Of a DNA stretch of 64,000 nucleotides, positions 41,190 through 55,900 are shown in pieces. The notes below the pieces were generated by a model. That model was given only the letters and a program-made list of their open reading frames with translations, had not been told where the DNA came from and did not search any database. This DNA is from Chrysomallon squamiferum (Eukaryota > Animalia > Mollusca): contig CM022665.1 of assembly GCA_012295275.1 (NCBI GenBank), positions 15,438,001 to 15,502,000 on the forward strand, read 5' to 3'. Every line of letters starts with the position of its first letter. Positions within the stretch are counted from its first letter, which is position 1. The translations under genes and the position numbers were made by a program.

Positions 41190-41699
41190 ACATTAAGATG
41201 ATGATGATGATAATAATAATAATTATAATAATAAAAAAATAAATAAATAAATAAAGCAGAACGGCTGTAAAAGTAGAAATATAATTGTTAATACAAATTT
41301 AAAAAAAAAGTATTTATCTAACTAAAAGATCTAAAGAAAGAGATAAATGGGAGAATAAACATTTCGCATTACCACTTAATTAAGGACATGTACAAAAATT
41401 GATCGGTTATCGATGAAACTTGTGTACAAACTCATACTCAATTGCCTTGAAGCATTGAGCCGCGTAGGAATTTGATTTCTTGATTTCCTGTCTTGCGTTC
41501 TATTGACAGATCAAAACTGATAACGTATTGTCGACCGTCTCTTTATTCCAAAAAAAGCTATGTGCCTCCACCGCTTCGCGCAGTCTGTATAGAATATTTG
41601 TTTGGCGAGTGTCTCGCGCTTTCATAGCAGAAGACAGGAGGTGTGTTGTATGGGCTGAGTGAGTAAACGACACATCGGCTCTGCAGTTTTTAGCTACAG

Positions 41700-41803
<104 letters not shown>

Positions 41804-42929
41804 TGAAGTTGAATCATTAACAGTTTAGAATTCACAGCGGATTTTCAGCTCGACGAAATAGCTTTTCTTTTATTTCAGCCGATTTAGTTTTCATTTGAAT
41901 TAAATTAATTTTATCATCAAAATCATATTTAATATTGTATTAATGACGATTCCTGTTTTGATAAATATGGATCTGTCTCTAATATTCTTCTAAATTTATA
42001 CTTTTCTTCATCTGCCCAAAATGGAATTTAAGAACTTGGGATGTGTATGTCTGTCTGTCTGTCTTTCTGTGTTAGTGTTTGACTGTAATATTTAGAATGA
42101 CTAAATGCATTTAAAAATAACACTGTACCCTTTATTTTCATATTGTTGTTATTATTAGTTCGATCAACGAATAAACACAGGATAATTTATTCAGCTTTTA
42201 TTCACATTTTCCCCATCTTTTCCTCCATTGTTTTTCCCCAAATTCTCTTTCAACTCTTTTATCTTCTTCATATTATAATTTATTTTCTCTTTTTCCTTTT
42301 CTTTTTCATTTTATATACTTCATCCTCTACGTCTTTGCATCTTCTTCTTCGCCTCCTCCATCCCTCCTTCATCTTTTCCTTACTTCCTCGGTTTTTTTCT
42401 CCTTTCTTCTTCATTCACTGCATGTAATTACATCGTTTTTAAACACGCTTTCCTTAAATCTCAGAAAATCATATTTGTTATTCATCGCGTGTATTATGAC
42501 GTCTTATTCTAAAACCGACTCTGTGTACACACTTTAGCTGGCGTCAAACACTTCTGTGCACATACAAATAAATGGCTTTCAGCCTGCATGTGTTTGAGTT
42601 TCCCCCACCTAGGCACATTAAACGAAATCCTGACGTCCCGCGTATTTTTCTTTACTTACCGAACTTTCGTAGTTTTCAGTTTTGTAGCCCGGACCACCTG
42701 GCCGCTAGGAAACATTACGCCAGGATGTTATATATTAATCGTATTCTACTTCTCGGCGGTCGATATTTCTCAAGTAATGTAATATAGAAAAAAAAGCCAG
42801 CCATCGAGGGATTGAGGAAACTGTGAATCATAAACCGTTGTGTTATGCGTGTGAGGGTGTCTACGTTTGTTTGAGTGGACATGTATGTGTGTGTGAGATG
42901 GGAGAGAGAGTTACAGAAACACAGCGAGG

Positions 42930-42933
42930 GAGA

Positions 42934-43024
<91 letters not shown>
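42930..43024. repeat. (GA)n microsatellite
   Basis: Direct reading. Confidence 0.97.
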
Positions 43025-43027
<3 letters not shown>

Positions 43028-43522
43028 AGTTAAGAATGTTATTCGATGACAGAGAAAGTGAATGTGTAAATGTGTTTGTATCAGTGAATATATGCTGTTT
43101 GTTTTTTTAGAGTATTTACGTGTATATTTTCTGAGAGAACAAGTGAATTCTTTCTTTGAGACAGAGGGAAAAAAAAATACATATAAAATAATCATATGGT
43201 ATTAATTTCGATCACCAACCACACCATTTTCGTTGTATGGTTCATTTTAATTTCAGTTTTGTCAAACAGTATTCTTGAATTAACCAATCTTTGCCGACAT
43301 CTAATTCTTCTGTAACTTGATGATCGTTCAGAAATAAACCATCAATTAGATTATGTAAGAAACAAAACGTGCTAGCAGATAACGGAAAAACACAAAACAT
43401 ATTATCAGACTATATATATTCTTATACTGAAACTGTCACAATTAATTTGTTCTGGAATGGTACTGCAGCCTTGATTCACTTTAATACGGTAGGTGTATAT
43501 AAATCAGTGTAATATTTAAGAA

Positions 43523-43630
43523 CATAAAGTAGCGCAGTGGTTAAGCATTCAGTCTCATAGGTGGCTGGTCCTGGGTTCGATCCCCGGGCCGGATTCTATC
43601 AGAGGTTTCGTGGGGACTGGGATCAGACAT
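43523..43630 (+). pseudogene. tRNA-Met(CAT)-like pseudogene or tRNA-derived SINE head
   Basis: Consensus A box TAGCGCAGTGG 43530-43540 and B box GGTTCGATCCC 43574-43584. T arm pairs (CTGGG/TTCGATC/CCCGG). TCAGTCTCATA matches the anticodon arm of animal elongator tRNA-Met (CAT at 43556-43558). The acceptor stem (CATAAAG vs GCCGGAT) does not pair and the anticodon stem does not pair in the canonical register, so it is not an intact tRNA. Confidence 0.7.
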
Positions 43631-46600
43631 ATCCAGAATCATATTTAGAACTGTAGAAGTGTATGACAGTTATGTTCTTGTTTTTTTAACTACTCTTATA
43701 ACATACTAACGTTAACACTAGCCTGGAAAGATAATCCAGGCGTCTGAAATACCTGCTTCATACAAATAATCACTTTAAAACTGTTTAGAGAATAAAATCA
43801 TCGAGAATTATTCAAATATATTTCTGCTTTGTCTTCTATCGATTTAGTATTTAATGTTGTCATAGTTACATTTTTCGGTCTTGATGCCATTAACAGCGTA
43901 TATATATATTATCTACTGTTAAAACTTTTTTTTTTTCATTTCTACGATCGTTTTACCTTGGATCATACTGACGCATGTGTAACAGACTAGATTCGTATGA
44001 TAAACTTTGTCTAAGAATTTTAATATTTCCTGGTTAGATAAAAAATAGTATTCTATGACCACTTTAGCCATATGTATCACAAATATCACGGAATTAAACG
44101 CGTTAAGGAATGACATTTCCTACACAAATTTCAGTAAAGTGCAAACTCAGCGCTTTTTAGTTGATACAGAGAGACAGACGAATAAATAAAAAATGTATTT
44201 TAAACCCACCCAACCCAAAAACCGAGACAAACGTAAAGATAAAAAAAAAAAAAAAAAATAGGACCGAGGTAGAAGAGGAATGAGCGAGAGAAGGGGAGAA
44301 CAGACCTTATCTTAATTCATATTTTTAATATAAAAATTTCGTTTTAATAACAATGTTCGTGAATCACAAATATGGGCGAAATTCTTAAACTGCACAATAA
44401 GCTGAACTTCACTGAAATCTTTTGCACTTAAATTCTTCCAAACTATTTTGCCGCACCGCCTGAACTCTCGTATCCTTCTCGTCGACAGAAAAATGCTATG
44501 CGACAAGGCGATGAAAACATTTCTGCCTCCATTAGCGCACGTTCGGTTTCACACGGTGGCGTAGACAGTATCTAGTCTTATCTAATCTGACACCTAGAGA
44601 GAGGCCTGGCAGAATCAGCGTTCTCATCCAAGCGAGTGACACTGCATCACAACGTCAAATTAACCTGACACTTATCAAGCATTATCATTGTTGTCATCAT
44701 TACGATTATCGTAATCTTTATTATTATTAACCGTATCATCATGATCAACATCATTATTATTATTATTATTATTACTGCATGCGTATTATTATTGTTGTTG
44801 TTGTTGTTGTTGTTCTCTAAAAATATATATAAAATTATTATAAAATCATCATCATCAACGTTGTCATCACCGTCATTATTATTACATCCTTCGTTAATAC
44901 CTATACGTTATAACATCTGAATCGAAACAAAATATATAATAATAATATAATAATAATAATAACAACAAAACTGCAAAAAAAAAAAACCACAAAAAGACAA
45001 CAACACTTAAGTTACGTGTAAATAAAATAATACTACGAGGCGGGGATCATCCAAATACCTGTATAATTTAACACTACAGGTGTAAAAACTATAATCAGAG
45101 AGTAGATTACATATATTATTGTAGGTGTCCATTTCTTTTGTACTCGAATCGTTTACTTCCATTCAGCCCAAAGGTTTCATGCAGACATAAGCATAAATTG
45201 CTTATCGTTACAGTGGGTATAACATACAGAGAAAAAACACACAATGATGTTATGTTTCTACACGGATTTACCACGAAAGCCTGTGTAACGTTGTTTGTTT
45301 ACCTGGTCTCAGCTAGTTTATGGGTGTATTGCTTTGAAACGACTTCTGTGGCACTGGCATGTTGTATTGAAATGTTCTAATTATTCCTGTCTTCATTCAT
45401 TTTATTTAGCCTGTGATTATTTGGAAGGTGTTGTGAAAATAATGTTTGTCTATCTATTTATGTGTGTGTGTGTGTGTGTGTGTGTGTGAGTATGTATGTA
45501 TGTATGTATGTATGTATGTGTGTGTATGTATGTATGTATGTATGAATGTGTGTGTGAGTGTATATTTATATGTGTCTATGTATGTATATATGTATGTGTG
45601 TTGATAAGTATATATGTATGAGTATGTGTGTACATGTAAAAAATTGCATTTCAGTATTATAAAAACAATTTTTTTTTCTTTCCTAGTTAAGATCTGTATC
45701 ATCTAACGATGAGTGACAGATGCACTTGGTGACTTTAACCAAAATTTCATATTTTTAATAATCTTTATTAGACGACGATAAAATCGCACCCCACCTTTTT
45801 TTTTCTCCGTCCTTTTAAAAAAAATTCCAGATAACGTGTGTAAAACTTGGTACAGATCGTTGCATTCAGTCATTTATTGTTGAGTTTGTTTGTTTTAAAT
45901 GCATTTTGTTTCATTTTATGGATTTGTTGAACCTGCTGTCTACTTTGATTGGATGGTATCGTTCTTTCTGAAACAACAGCGCTTTTAACATAAACCTTAT
46001 TTAACATAGCATTATTGTTAACTAAGTTCCCTGTCGTCCTTTTATCGATATGTCGTTTACAGTTTGTCGTGTGAAGATCTAAGACATCGATATCGTTAAC
46101 GGTTGTGACTACTCTGATTAGTCGCTATTTTCGTGTAATGAATTACGTATACATTTCACATTCCACGGACTAATTTCTTGCACATGGTTCACTTATACAT
46201 ACAAATATGAAGATAGGAGGAGAGAGAGAGAGAAAGAAAGAGAAAGAGAAAGAGAGAGAATGAATGAAGAGAATACACACACTTCTCCTATATATTTTTG
46301 GGCTGAAAAAAAAAAGGCCATCAGATTGGATATTCTGTTATAGACTTAAATTTCTGGTTCTTAAATAAAAACGTATTAACTAAATTTGATTTGTGGCCAT
46401 ATTATTTTCTAGCAGTTTAAAGCAAGTGGATATGGTAAGCAAGCGCGAAAACGTTATTGTCATCACCAGTGTAATGTAATCTTAATGTAATCTCAGGCAA
46501 AGCGTCATCACGATCTTTTTTTTTTTTTTTCTTCTCTTAATTAAGCGAAGATTTGCTTTGTTTTTTCTTTGTTTTTAATTTTAGAATTATAATATTATTT

Positions 46601-47571
46601 TAGTAAAAAAATAAATACGTAAATTTAAAGATACATTACGCTTCTTCTTTCATTTTTTATTTTTTTATGTTTTAGCTGAATAGTTTGTTCATCATTTGGC
46701 AGATATTTTTGAATAACACACAGCCATTTTCAAGACGTTTTCGGGATCTTTTTCATCTGACAATAGGCATTTCTCACATCTTGTTAGTCAGATATCTTGA
46801 TTTTGTTTCGTGTAAATTCCTCCCTGAGTAATTGAGCACCGAGTAAAGTGTATTCTGGTTATGTGAACAAGACGAAGACTAAACCAGTTTGAAGAGTTAA
46901 AACGTTCGAATACGTCTCTTTTAAGTCCTGTAAAACCAGTTTTCAGTATTAGGTTTTCTTACATAGTTAGCAGAAATTCCCAAAAGCCAAATGTCTGATT
47001 TAGTTTTTTTGTTGGTTTTTTTTTTTTTTTTTTTTCAAACATATCTTATATCGCGTGTTGTTTCTAGGATGAATGCCATTCATGACGAAACTATTTATCT
47101 ACCTGATACATTCTTTGGTTTATTATATTTCTTCTTCTTTTTCCCCCTCCTCCTATCAAAATGTTATGGCCTTTGTTTTGTCTTTTTTTTTGTCTTTTTT
47201 TTTTTTTTTTTACAATTGGTTTTTTTGTGGGTGTTTTTTTTTTTTTTTTTTTTTTTTTTGAGAAGTGGGAGATGTGGGGTTTAATATGTCTATCTAGCAT
47301 AATAGTCTTAACTGGAAATCCTTTTGGTGTAATAAAAGCAACTACGACTTTAATAAAGACGAGACGAAGAGGATGTGTCACTGACACTTTCAACCCTAAT
47401 GATAACCATTTTAAAATCATAAAATCTCTTTGTCAGTACAGAGAGTCCCCGACTTACGTACATGGATCGTTAAGAGAAAACCTATTTAAATCAAAACATA
47501 TTGATGTCCGAGCATATCCTATGCAGCACTGGTTTGTATCAAAGACGTAATACTATTAATTGTTTAATTTA

Positions 47572-47621
<50 letters not shown>

Positions 47622-47768
47622 TAATAATAACAAGCTAAGGAATTTCTACGTAAGTACGGATCTACGTGTATCAGGGATGTTGTTCAGAATCTAAGTCTTA
47701 ATTTACTCAAAATACGCAGACAAATGTTCTTCAGAAAATAAACATGTCTGTAACAACGAGTGGAAATA

Positions 47769-47997
47769 TTACACATGTATTTTATATGGCATTTTTAACA
47801 CGAAGGAGTTATGCACAAAAGTTCAGAAGTCATGGCTTAATTTTGTACACGCCTATCTTCGCTTTCTTTTTTTATTCGTGCGGCAAGTGGTAAAAAATAC
47901 GTGTCAATAAAAGCTAATGAAACTGTTACACATGCATTTTATATAGCACTTTTAACACGAGAAATGTATGCATGAAAGTTCATAAGTCGTGTATAAG
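47769..47997. repeat. Diverged ~70-bp direct repeat (period 157 bp)
   Basis: TTACACATGTATTTTATATGGCATTTTTAACACGA...AAAGTTCAGAAGTCATG at 47769 vs TTACACATGCATTTTATATAGCACTTTTAACACGA...AAAGTTCATAAGTCGTG at 47926. Confidence 0.85.
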
Positions 47998-48802
47998 CCT
48001 ATGTTAAATGGGTTTACCTGGTTACTTCTGCATACACAATCCCAATACGCTAAATAGTTAAAAAGAAAGAAAGAAAAACAAGTCATTTTTCTTTTCACAC
48101 ACTGGTGCTAAGGTGGTAAACATAAATAAATAAAAAAATCTCTGGCATTTCAAACACGGTTATAATTTATAGTGTGCGGTCATCGAAAGTGACACCGTGA
48201 AATACGTTTCGCATTGAACGTGGAGAAATTATTGGAAAATGACGACACTCCATTTGTGCACAATTGCGCTAGACTGAAAGCAAACCTGGCGCATGACTCT
48301 GTTGGATTGCGGTCTATCGGTGCCGTGCTAGGTACCTATGAAAACCGCAAACAAAAGAAGAGCTGCGTCTTAACAGATACACTCTAATTCGCGCAATTCA
48401 GCTAGCTGGCTTCTTGAATGGCAGTTGTTGTTGTAAAGGGTGAAGAGAGACAGAGAAGTAGAAAAGGAGACATTCAAAGTCGTTGTAATAAAGTCGTCAT
48501 TATTAAGACTTTTCGCTTGCATTCCTTGAGTACGTTCGTCTGAGCAACGTGTGGAATGTACGTGGCCTGGAGAATGAATTTGTTTAATGGTATCTCAGCA
48601 CCTTTTAATATGAACAGTTATTGAGCATACAGCATGACAGTACAAATTAGTTTTAGCAATAATCTGATTTCGAATGAAAATAAACATTCCTATCTGAAAG
48701 ATTACAAAGCTATAAAGATTATTACTGTTGTTGTTGTTGTTGTTGTTATTGTTGTTTTTGTCGTCGTTGTTGTTATTATATTTATTCCTACTACTACTAC
48801 TA

Positions 48803-48843
<41 letters not shown>

Positions 48844-49972
48844 GTTATTATTATTATTATACACTTTTACGTCTCGTTCAAAGCAAGTTAATAATGATAT
48901 ATAATGTAACTGTGTGTGTGTGTTTGTGTGTATACATACATATATATATATATATATACACACATATAATATAGCCTCATTGAACAATGATGATCATATT
49001 ATCTTAACTCTAACGTGCTCTTAAGATCACAGGTGTTTTACTTAAGGACCAAAAGTTAAGTCTTCAACACAGTATCAATCTTGAACACGGGTATTAGATA
49101 TAAAACTGATAAACACGAAATCTGATGGCGTTTTACCTCCATCCCCGAACCACCCAGGAGTTATATGAAATGTGATCTTCCAGGGCAGACGACATTTATA
49201 CAATACCTTTGTATCCAGTGTAGTAGGATATCAAAGGTTGTAACTATCTCGTGCATTCTATTATACTGCAGTCAAATTAAATCGCAGATTGCAGTTTACC
49301 CTGCAGTATTTTATTGATGCGAAATGATAACAGATATATTAGAAATAGTGCGAGGTAATTCTTCATGTGAAATGTTTTTTAAACACAATGAGTCCATTAT
49401 TAATGTAAATGATTTATTATTTAGATAAACGGGGACCACATTCTTTGTCATCACCTCAGTTTATCTAGTTTAAACCCCCGTCCGTTTGTATAAATCTAAC
49501 GCGATGTGGCCTTACATTAATGTCAGTTTTAGACCGCAGTCCTTGAAAAGAAACCAGCTGTCTACGAATCACTGAACAATACCCTCCGATTAATTAAAGG
49601 CGATGTCCTTTTTGTGTAATTGTAACATGATATAACATTTTTAAAATAAAGTTTTTCGTAACAGAGGCTGTATGTTTTATACTAGTTTTGAAGCACTAGC
49701 TTTAATGGGGGATATTAAAAAAGACACGACAACTTTTCAAGAACACCTATCGTAATCTTTAATTCTCTCGAGATGAAAAGTTTAGTTTTGCAATCACGTC
49801 GCTGCTGAAAGTAGGGTGGATGAAATAATAAAATAAAATAAAATGCATACATAAGAATATTAATAATAAAAATAATAATAAATAAATAAATAAAAACAGT
49901 GATGAAAACGACAACGGTGAAGGGTACCAACGACAAAAAAGAAAAAAAAGGGATTACCGCTATAACAACAGT

Positions 49973-50021
<49 letters not shown>

Positions 50022-50667
50022 GTAATAATCATAATCATAATAATTAAAGGGGAAGAAGAAGAACAACGTCACCACCAACAAAACAACATAAGCAAAATTC
50101 GTTTACTTTACGATTATACCCTGATCAGTTGTAATAATAAATATTCACACCTTTGATGAGCACTAAAAGCCACGTCTATCTTCACTCCATCTTGCTGACA
50201 ATGCAGATAATGCTCATATGTATTAATGTTTATCATAACACAGTGTTAACAGGAGGCGGTGCACATGGTACGCACTTCAATAAAGCATTAGCACCGGAAT
50301 AACGTACTAGGTTCACGCTCGCACAAACCTGTAACCGCGCCGTGTGCGATCTCGTCTTTTGTTGGGCTAATGCAAAGCTTTGTAGTTTAAAAAATAAGAA
50401 TGAAGAGAAAGTCCAGTAGGAAATTAAATTTTGATATAAGCTGTTGTCAAATATTTCCGTCGTTCATTTATGATTTTCTTTGGTGGACCGTTTGCCATGA
50501 CGAGGTCGATTGGTGTGATTCCTCGCTTTTAAGCGCTCACAAATAAATGTCATTTACGTCCATGAAAGAAACGCCAAAACCGTAACGCGGAACCACCGCG
50601 GAACGCAAGACAACGGATTTGGCGAAAAGTAGATTTATTCTTCTTTGTATACGGGTTTTATTGTGGG

Positions 50668-50699
<32 letters not shown>

Positions 50700-51501
50700 T
50701 TTCTCTTTCCTTCATTTCTTCTTCATCTTTTCGCCTGCTTCTTCTTTCTCCTCACGATTTTTCTTCTTCACTTCTGTCTCCTCCGTATTGTTTGTTCTTT
50801 CTCCTTCTCGTCATCACCGTCTTCTTCTTCTTGTCCTTCTTCTGCTTATTTTTCTCCTTCAGATTTACTGTGTTAGTCTGAGATTGAAAGAGACATACAG
50901 AAGTTTATCCAGTTTGTTTACAATTCTGGGAATTAAGTGATGCTTTTATCGCCGTCGTTACATAGATATTTCTATGGCGAGAACGCGGCGTCATGGCGTT
51001 GTGGCCATTGACGTTGTCCGCGGATTTTTGTCACTAGTTGATTAGCAAAACCGATGTAAACAGATTCTTGAAAGAGCCCGTACGTCCATGCTTCTTTACC
51101 TTTTGTGTTGTCTGAACACAGCTTGTTTATGACTCAAAGTGAACATCTGCGCCACGCCCGTAAGTAAATTCTCAACTGTACCTCTCAGGTGTTTTCTGGT
51201 AAGTGAAAAGGTAGAAAGGATTTGTTGATCGTCGCCCAGTCAACCATTAATAAAAATTAATGGAAACATTGGAAGTTTAAGAAATTCAGTGTATATCAAT
51301 GATTATGTTCCGGCTAGTGTGAGGCGTTGTGTACGTGTACGTGTGCGGGTGCGTGTATGTGTACGTGTGCGTGTTTGTGTGTGGTGGATGTATTGGCTTA
51401 TGTGTTATTTTGTGCATGTATGTGTGATACAATATTATGGCTCCCTTTACCTGCATATATTAATAAATGATCTGTCATAAGAAATTAATAACATACACAC
51501 T

Positions 51502-51504
<3 letters not shown>

Positions 51505-51583
<79 letters not shown>

Positions 51584-51602
51584 CCCTCTCTCTCTCTCTC
51601 TC
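51505..51602. repeat. (CT)n microsatellite
   Basis: Direct reading. Confidence 0.95.
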
Positions 51603-52150
51603 TTTCTTTTTCTCCTCCCCCCCTCTCTCTATTTCTTTTTTCTCACCCCTCGCTATATCTCCTTCACACTGTGCGTCTCTCTGTCCATCATCATTCTCCT
51701 TTTCTTTCCCGTATTTCTGATACGCATTAATAAAGTGATTCACCAGAATCCCTGAACGTGGCTAGATACATAAATATATTCATATTTTATAAATAAAATT
51801 TACACGACAGTGTATATTATTCTCTACAGGTGTTAGATACTGTAGACTCTGTGTGACCTGAGGCTACGTATTTCATCACTTTTTTGTGCACTTGAGGTAA
51901 ACAAAATATATGTCCAAGTCACGAACATAAATCACGTTATTGGACACAACCATAAAGAAAGTAGTGTCAGGGAACTCTCTTAAAGAGGAGGTTAAACTGT
52001 GAACCTGTCTCTTCCGTGCACAGACAGACATAGACTTACGACTGTCAGTTCTAGTTATGTAGTTGCCAAGGTAACGAGTGTTATGAGAATTTAGAATGTC
52101 TTATATGTGAAATGGAACAGTTAATGAAAAGGAATGCAAGTTTTGGAAAG

Positions 52151-52266
<116 letters not shown>

Positions 52267-53063
52267 TTCTGAATCATGCACTGCATCTTCTAACCGGTCC
52301 TCTAACATACTAACCTAACACTGTCTTTGAGAGACAATATTCGTACAGAATGAGTCACAACTGACTCAATCTCTCACTGATTTATCTGTAGTGAACATCA
52401 TCAGGTTCTGGTATTAGCAACGTTGTAATTGCGACATACATGATGGAAGTGGTCTTCCGGAACAGTTGTAGTATTTGATTAACACTAACGATCTCTGGTT
52501 ATTCTTTTTTTTTTTTTTACTCTCATAAACAGGAAAACACGTATCATATTTTACCAACATGGTCGTCATACAGAGAACGCATGTTTAAACGTAAAAAAAT
52601 AAAATTAATATCGCTTCTAAAAATCAGTTACGTTTCTGAACATCTTCTGACCCACGACTTAACACTTGACTTTCTCTTTACTTGTTTGGTTGTGTGTTTT
52701 TAACATCTGATGCTCCAGACTGTTCAGTTTCTTGATTAAAATGGTGGTTATCATAGATAAATGAAATCATTGAATTTTCACACCCCTCTTGTTCTATATT
52801 GACAACAATTCTATCTGTAGTTTATTCCTGTAAACAGAAATTCACGTTATAGATCACATAATTATATGAGATCGGTCTTTAAAAGCAAAACAAGAGTATC
52901 GTAACTATTATGTGAGGTCGAGTAGGGAAATCAAAACATCTGCATGTTACAAGTGTATCTGTCTCATGTTCTCTTTATCTCTTTCTCTGTCTGACTTCCT
53001 TTGCCTCTGTTTCTTCCTTTTTCTATTTATTTCTGTCTGAATGTCTGTCTGTCTCTCTCTCCC

Positions 53064-53106
<43 letters not shown>

Positions 53107-55247
53107 TACTATTACCATTATTTTTATATTTATAGGCATATTATTATATGGAAACATAATTATAAAGAATAAATTCACACAGGCATCTCACACATATATA
53201 CAAGCACGCATGCACACACGCAATTATATCACACGTTTTGTTACTACAAAACTAATTTTGATGTTACAACCTAGTTTAAATAAGAATTTATTAAAGTTTC
53301 GTTAACTAAAATATTTTCTCTCTTGTACACGACACATGCAAACGTGCGAACCTTTTTATTTTTATTTATTCACGGTATGATCTTGAGATGGTGAATTTCT
53401 TTTTGATACTAGCCCTGTAACACAACACATACACGGGAATCAAACTTAACAACTGTTTGTACAAATAATCAGCAACTACTGCTACAACTAACTAAACAAT
53501 TCGTTAGTGTTAACAATTTGTCGCTTGCAAATACGTCGGGTAAAATCTCTTTAAAAAGTTACAGTGAACCACCACAAACACGCTGTACCCACCAGAGTAA
53601 ATAATCCTTAGTTACACGCCTCAGTTTTACATTGACTTTATATTTCATTTTCGTGATCCATAATCATCAATAGTTTTATATACTGTTGCTGTTGTTATTA
53701 TTTTCCTCTTACTATCCATAATCTTTCACGCATGTTTTCTCTCCATCTATATATCTTCTTCCACCGCTATTAAAATTACCACTGTTACTTCTACTGTAAC
53801 TACTATCCCTGCTGCTGCTGCTGCTACTACTACTACTACTATTATGACTACTACTAGTATTACTCCTACTACTACAACTACTACCAATAGTATTACTACT
53901 ATTATTATTATTTGTACTACTAATACTACTCCTATTACAGTTACTACAACTAGTGCTGCTGTATTTCGTATTATTATTCTACTCGCCATCCTGTACATTT
54001 TAACATGAACATTCTTTGTATTTGTCCTTTTTTTATAAATAATTGAGAAATCGCTATGCCAGACAAAATTATTTTTGTTCGTAGTAAAACCACGGAATCA
54101 GGAAATTAAAAGCATATAAAAACCTGAAAAAAAAAAAAAAAAAAAAAAAGAGAAAGAAATCGTCAGGAGTTCGCTCGTCAACGACTTTTACTTTTGGAAA
54201 TTACTTGGCGCATCTTAATTCTTTGCGTGTGACATTTAATCTTTGCCGCCGATTAGACTCCGCTAACGTTCGAGCTCTCTCGGATTCATCTCCGGTTATG
54301 ATCTGACAAAAGCCAGTACGTAGTAAACCTCAGATTACAGAATATATAATCCTATTAAATGCGAAATGATCCTGGTGTAGAAAAGAAAGTCCTTCTGCCT
54401 CCCCTGTAGCTTCGTGTGAAATACAATCTGAGAGTTATTAATGCGGCACGCGAGGAACTGACGCCCGAACGCGGCCACCGTTTTTTTTTTTTTTTTTTTT
54501 TTTTTAAGGCAGCGGTATATTCGTCTGGATTTCAGTCTTGTGGAATGTTACCGCACAGTTTGATATTTTTTCAAGGCTTTGCATTTTGAATGGCTTGAAT
54601 TATCTTCATCTTCTGTGTGGCTAACAAAATAATATCCATTGCCCAAAATAACAGTAGTAATGAGAAACCTCTTAGACCATTATTTGAATGTCTGACTGTT
54701 TAAATATTTCTATATTTCTCATGTTGCCATGGATTATAGTCTTTATTTGCGTAGAGGTTTACTTTCAAATACAATGTCTGCCTAATCGAGGATGGAGTTA
54801 CTGTGACGCCATATTTTAATTTCCCTGCCAGAAATCTCCGCGTGACTTTTTCTGTAAATGTTGTAAATACACGATGTCGGACAGTTTATTCACCATGGTC
54901 TTGTTCATCCTTTTAAGATCTGGCTTTTGTCCGATGGATATAAAAGCATTACTCTGAAATGAGGGCGTAAGACTTGGGTGGAGTGATGTCATCTGTGAGA
55001 CTCGCGAGAAATTTGAATTTTGACACCTGGTGTCAGTAGTATCCTACAGACGACAGCTCGTTTCCAACAGACGTACTTTATGTTTAGTCTGTTTCATTCT
55101 CTTTCTTTCTGACCTTTCTCCTGCACCCCCTCCTTTACTCAAATCGAATTAAAATGCTTTTAAGATACAGTTATGTTTTGTCGGCTTCTTTATTATTATT
55201 ATTATTATGTTATTTGTTTATTTATTTATTTTATTATTAGTTAGTTA

Positions 55248-55248
55248 T

Positions 55249-55326
<78 letters not shown>
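55248..55326. repeat. (CT)n microsatellite
   Basis: Direct reading. Confidence 0.97.
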
Positions 55327-55332
<6 letters not shown>

Positions 55333-55695
55333 AAATGTTTTTTGGTTTCACTCTACTTTTAACACAGCCTTTAAGATCTGTAATTAGCTAAATATTTTTC
55401 TCTTTTTAGCCCTTTTTCTTCCCCATTTCGAAACCTGACAGTGCTTTTAAGAAACACTTAAATTTCATCTGTTGAAGTATTTCAATACACTGCGGATATA
55501 CTTACATAAAGAGGGTGTAATTTGTGGGGTGGGTCGTGCAATCCACGCGTTATTGCATAGAAAAGTGCATTAATGTACATTTAAGTTTCAGTAACATACA
55601 TTAAATCATTTTGTTTACTTACTTCTGTAATTTGATACCGCTTCTAAGCAAACAGATAACAAAAGCACTGGTTTACATATCAAACAACGTAACTA

Positions 55696-55900
55696 GTTAG
55701 TAAGTTAGTAGGTTAGAGAGTGGTTGGTCATTAGTTATAACGTTATTTAATCCCAAACTGAAATGAATGCCGTATTGCTTATGTGTCAAGGATATATTTG
55801 GTTAGTAACTTAGTAGGTTAAACAGTAAACGGTCATTAATTAAAATGCTATTTAACAGCAAGATGAAACGGAAGTCGTTTGGCTTATTTGTCAATGATTT
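55696..55900. repeat. Diverged 105-bp tandem duplication
   Basis: GTTAGTAA(G/C)TTAGTAGGTTA...GGTCATTA...TATTTAA...TGAAA...GCTTAT(G/T)TGTCAA begins at 55696 and again at 55801. Confidence 0.85.

Noticed and set aside
43523-43595. Functional tRNA-Met gene
   Set aside because: Acceptor stem cannot pair, the anticodon stem does not pair in the canonical register, and the D stem is mismatched. Kept only as pseudogene/SINE head.
49206-49237. Hairpin CCTTTGTATCC...GGATATCAAAGG as Helitron end or terminator
   Set aside because: No downstream CTRR terminus and too short for a pre-miRNA. Such stems are expected by chance in 64 kb.
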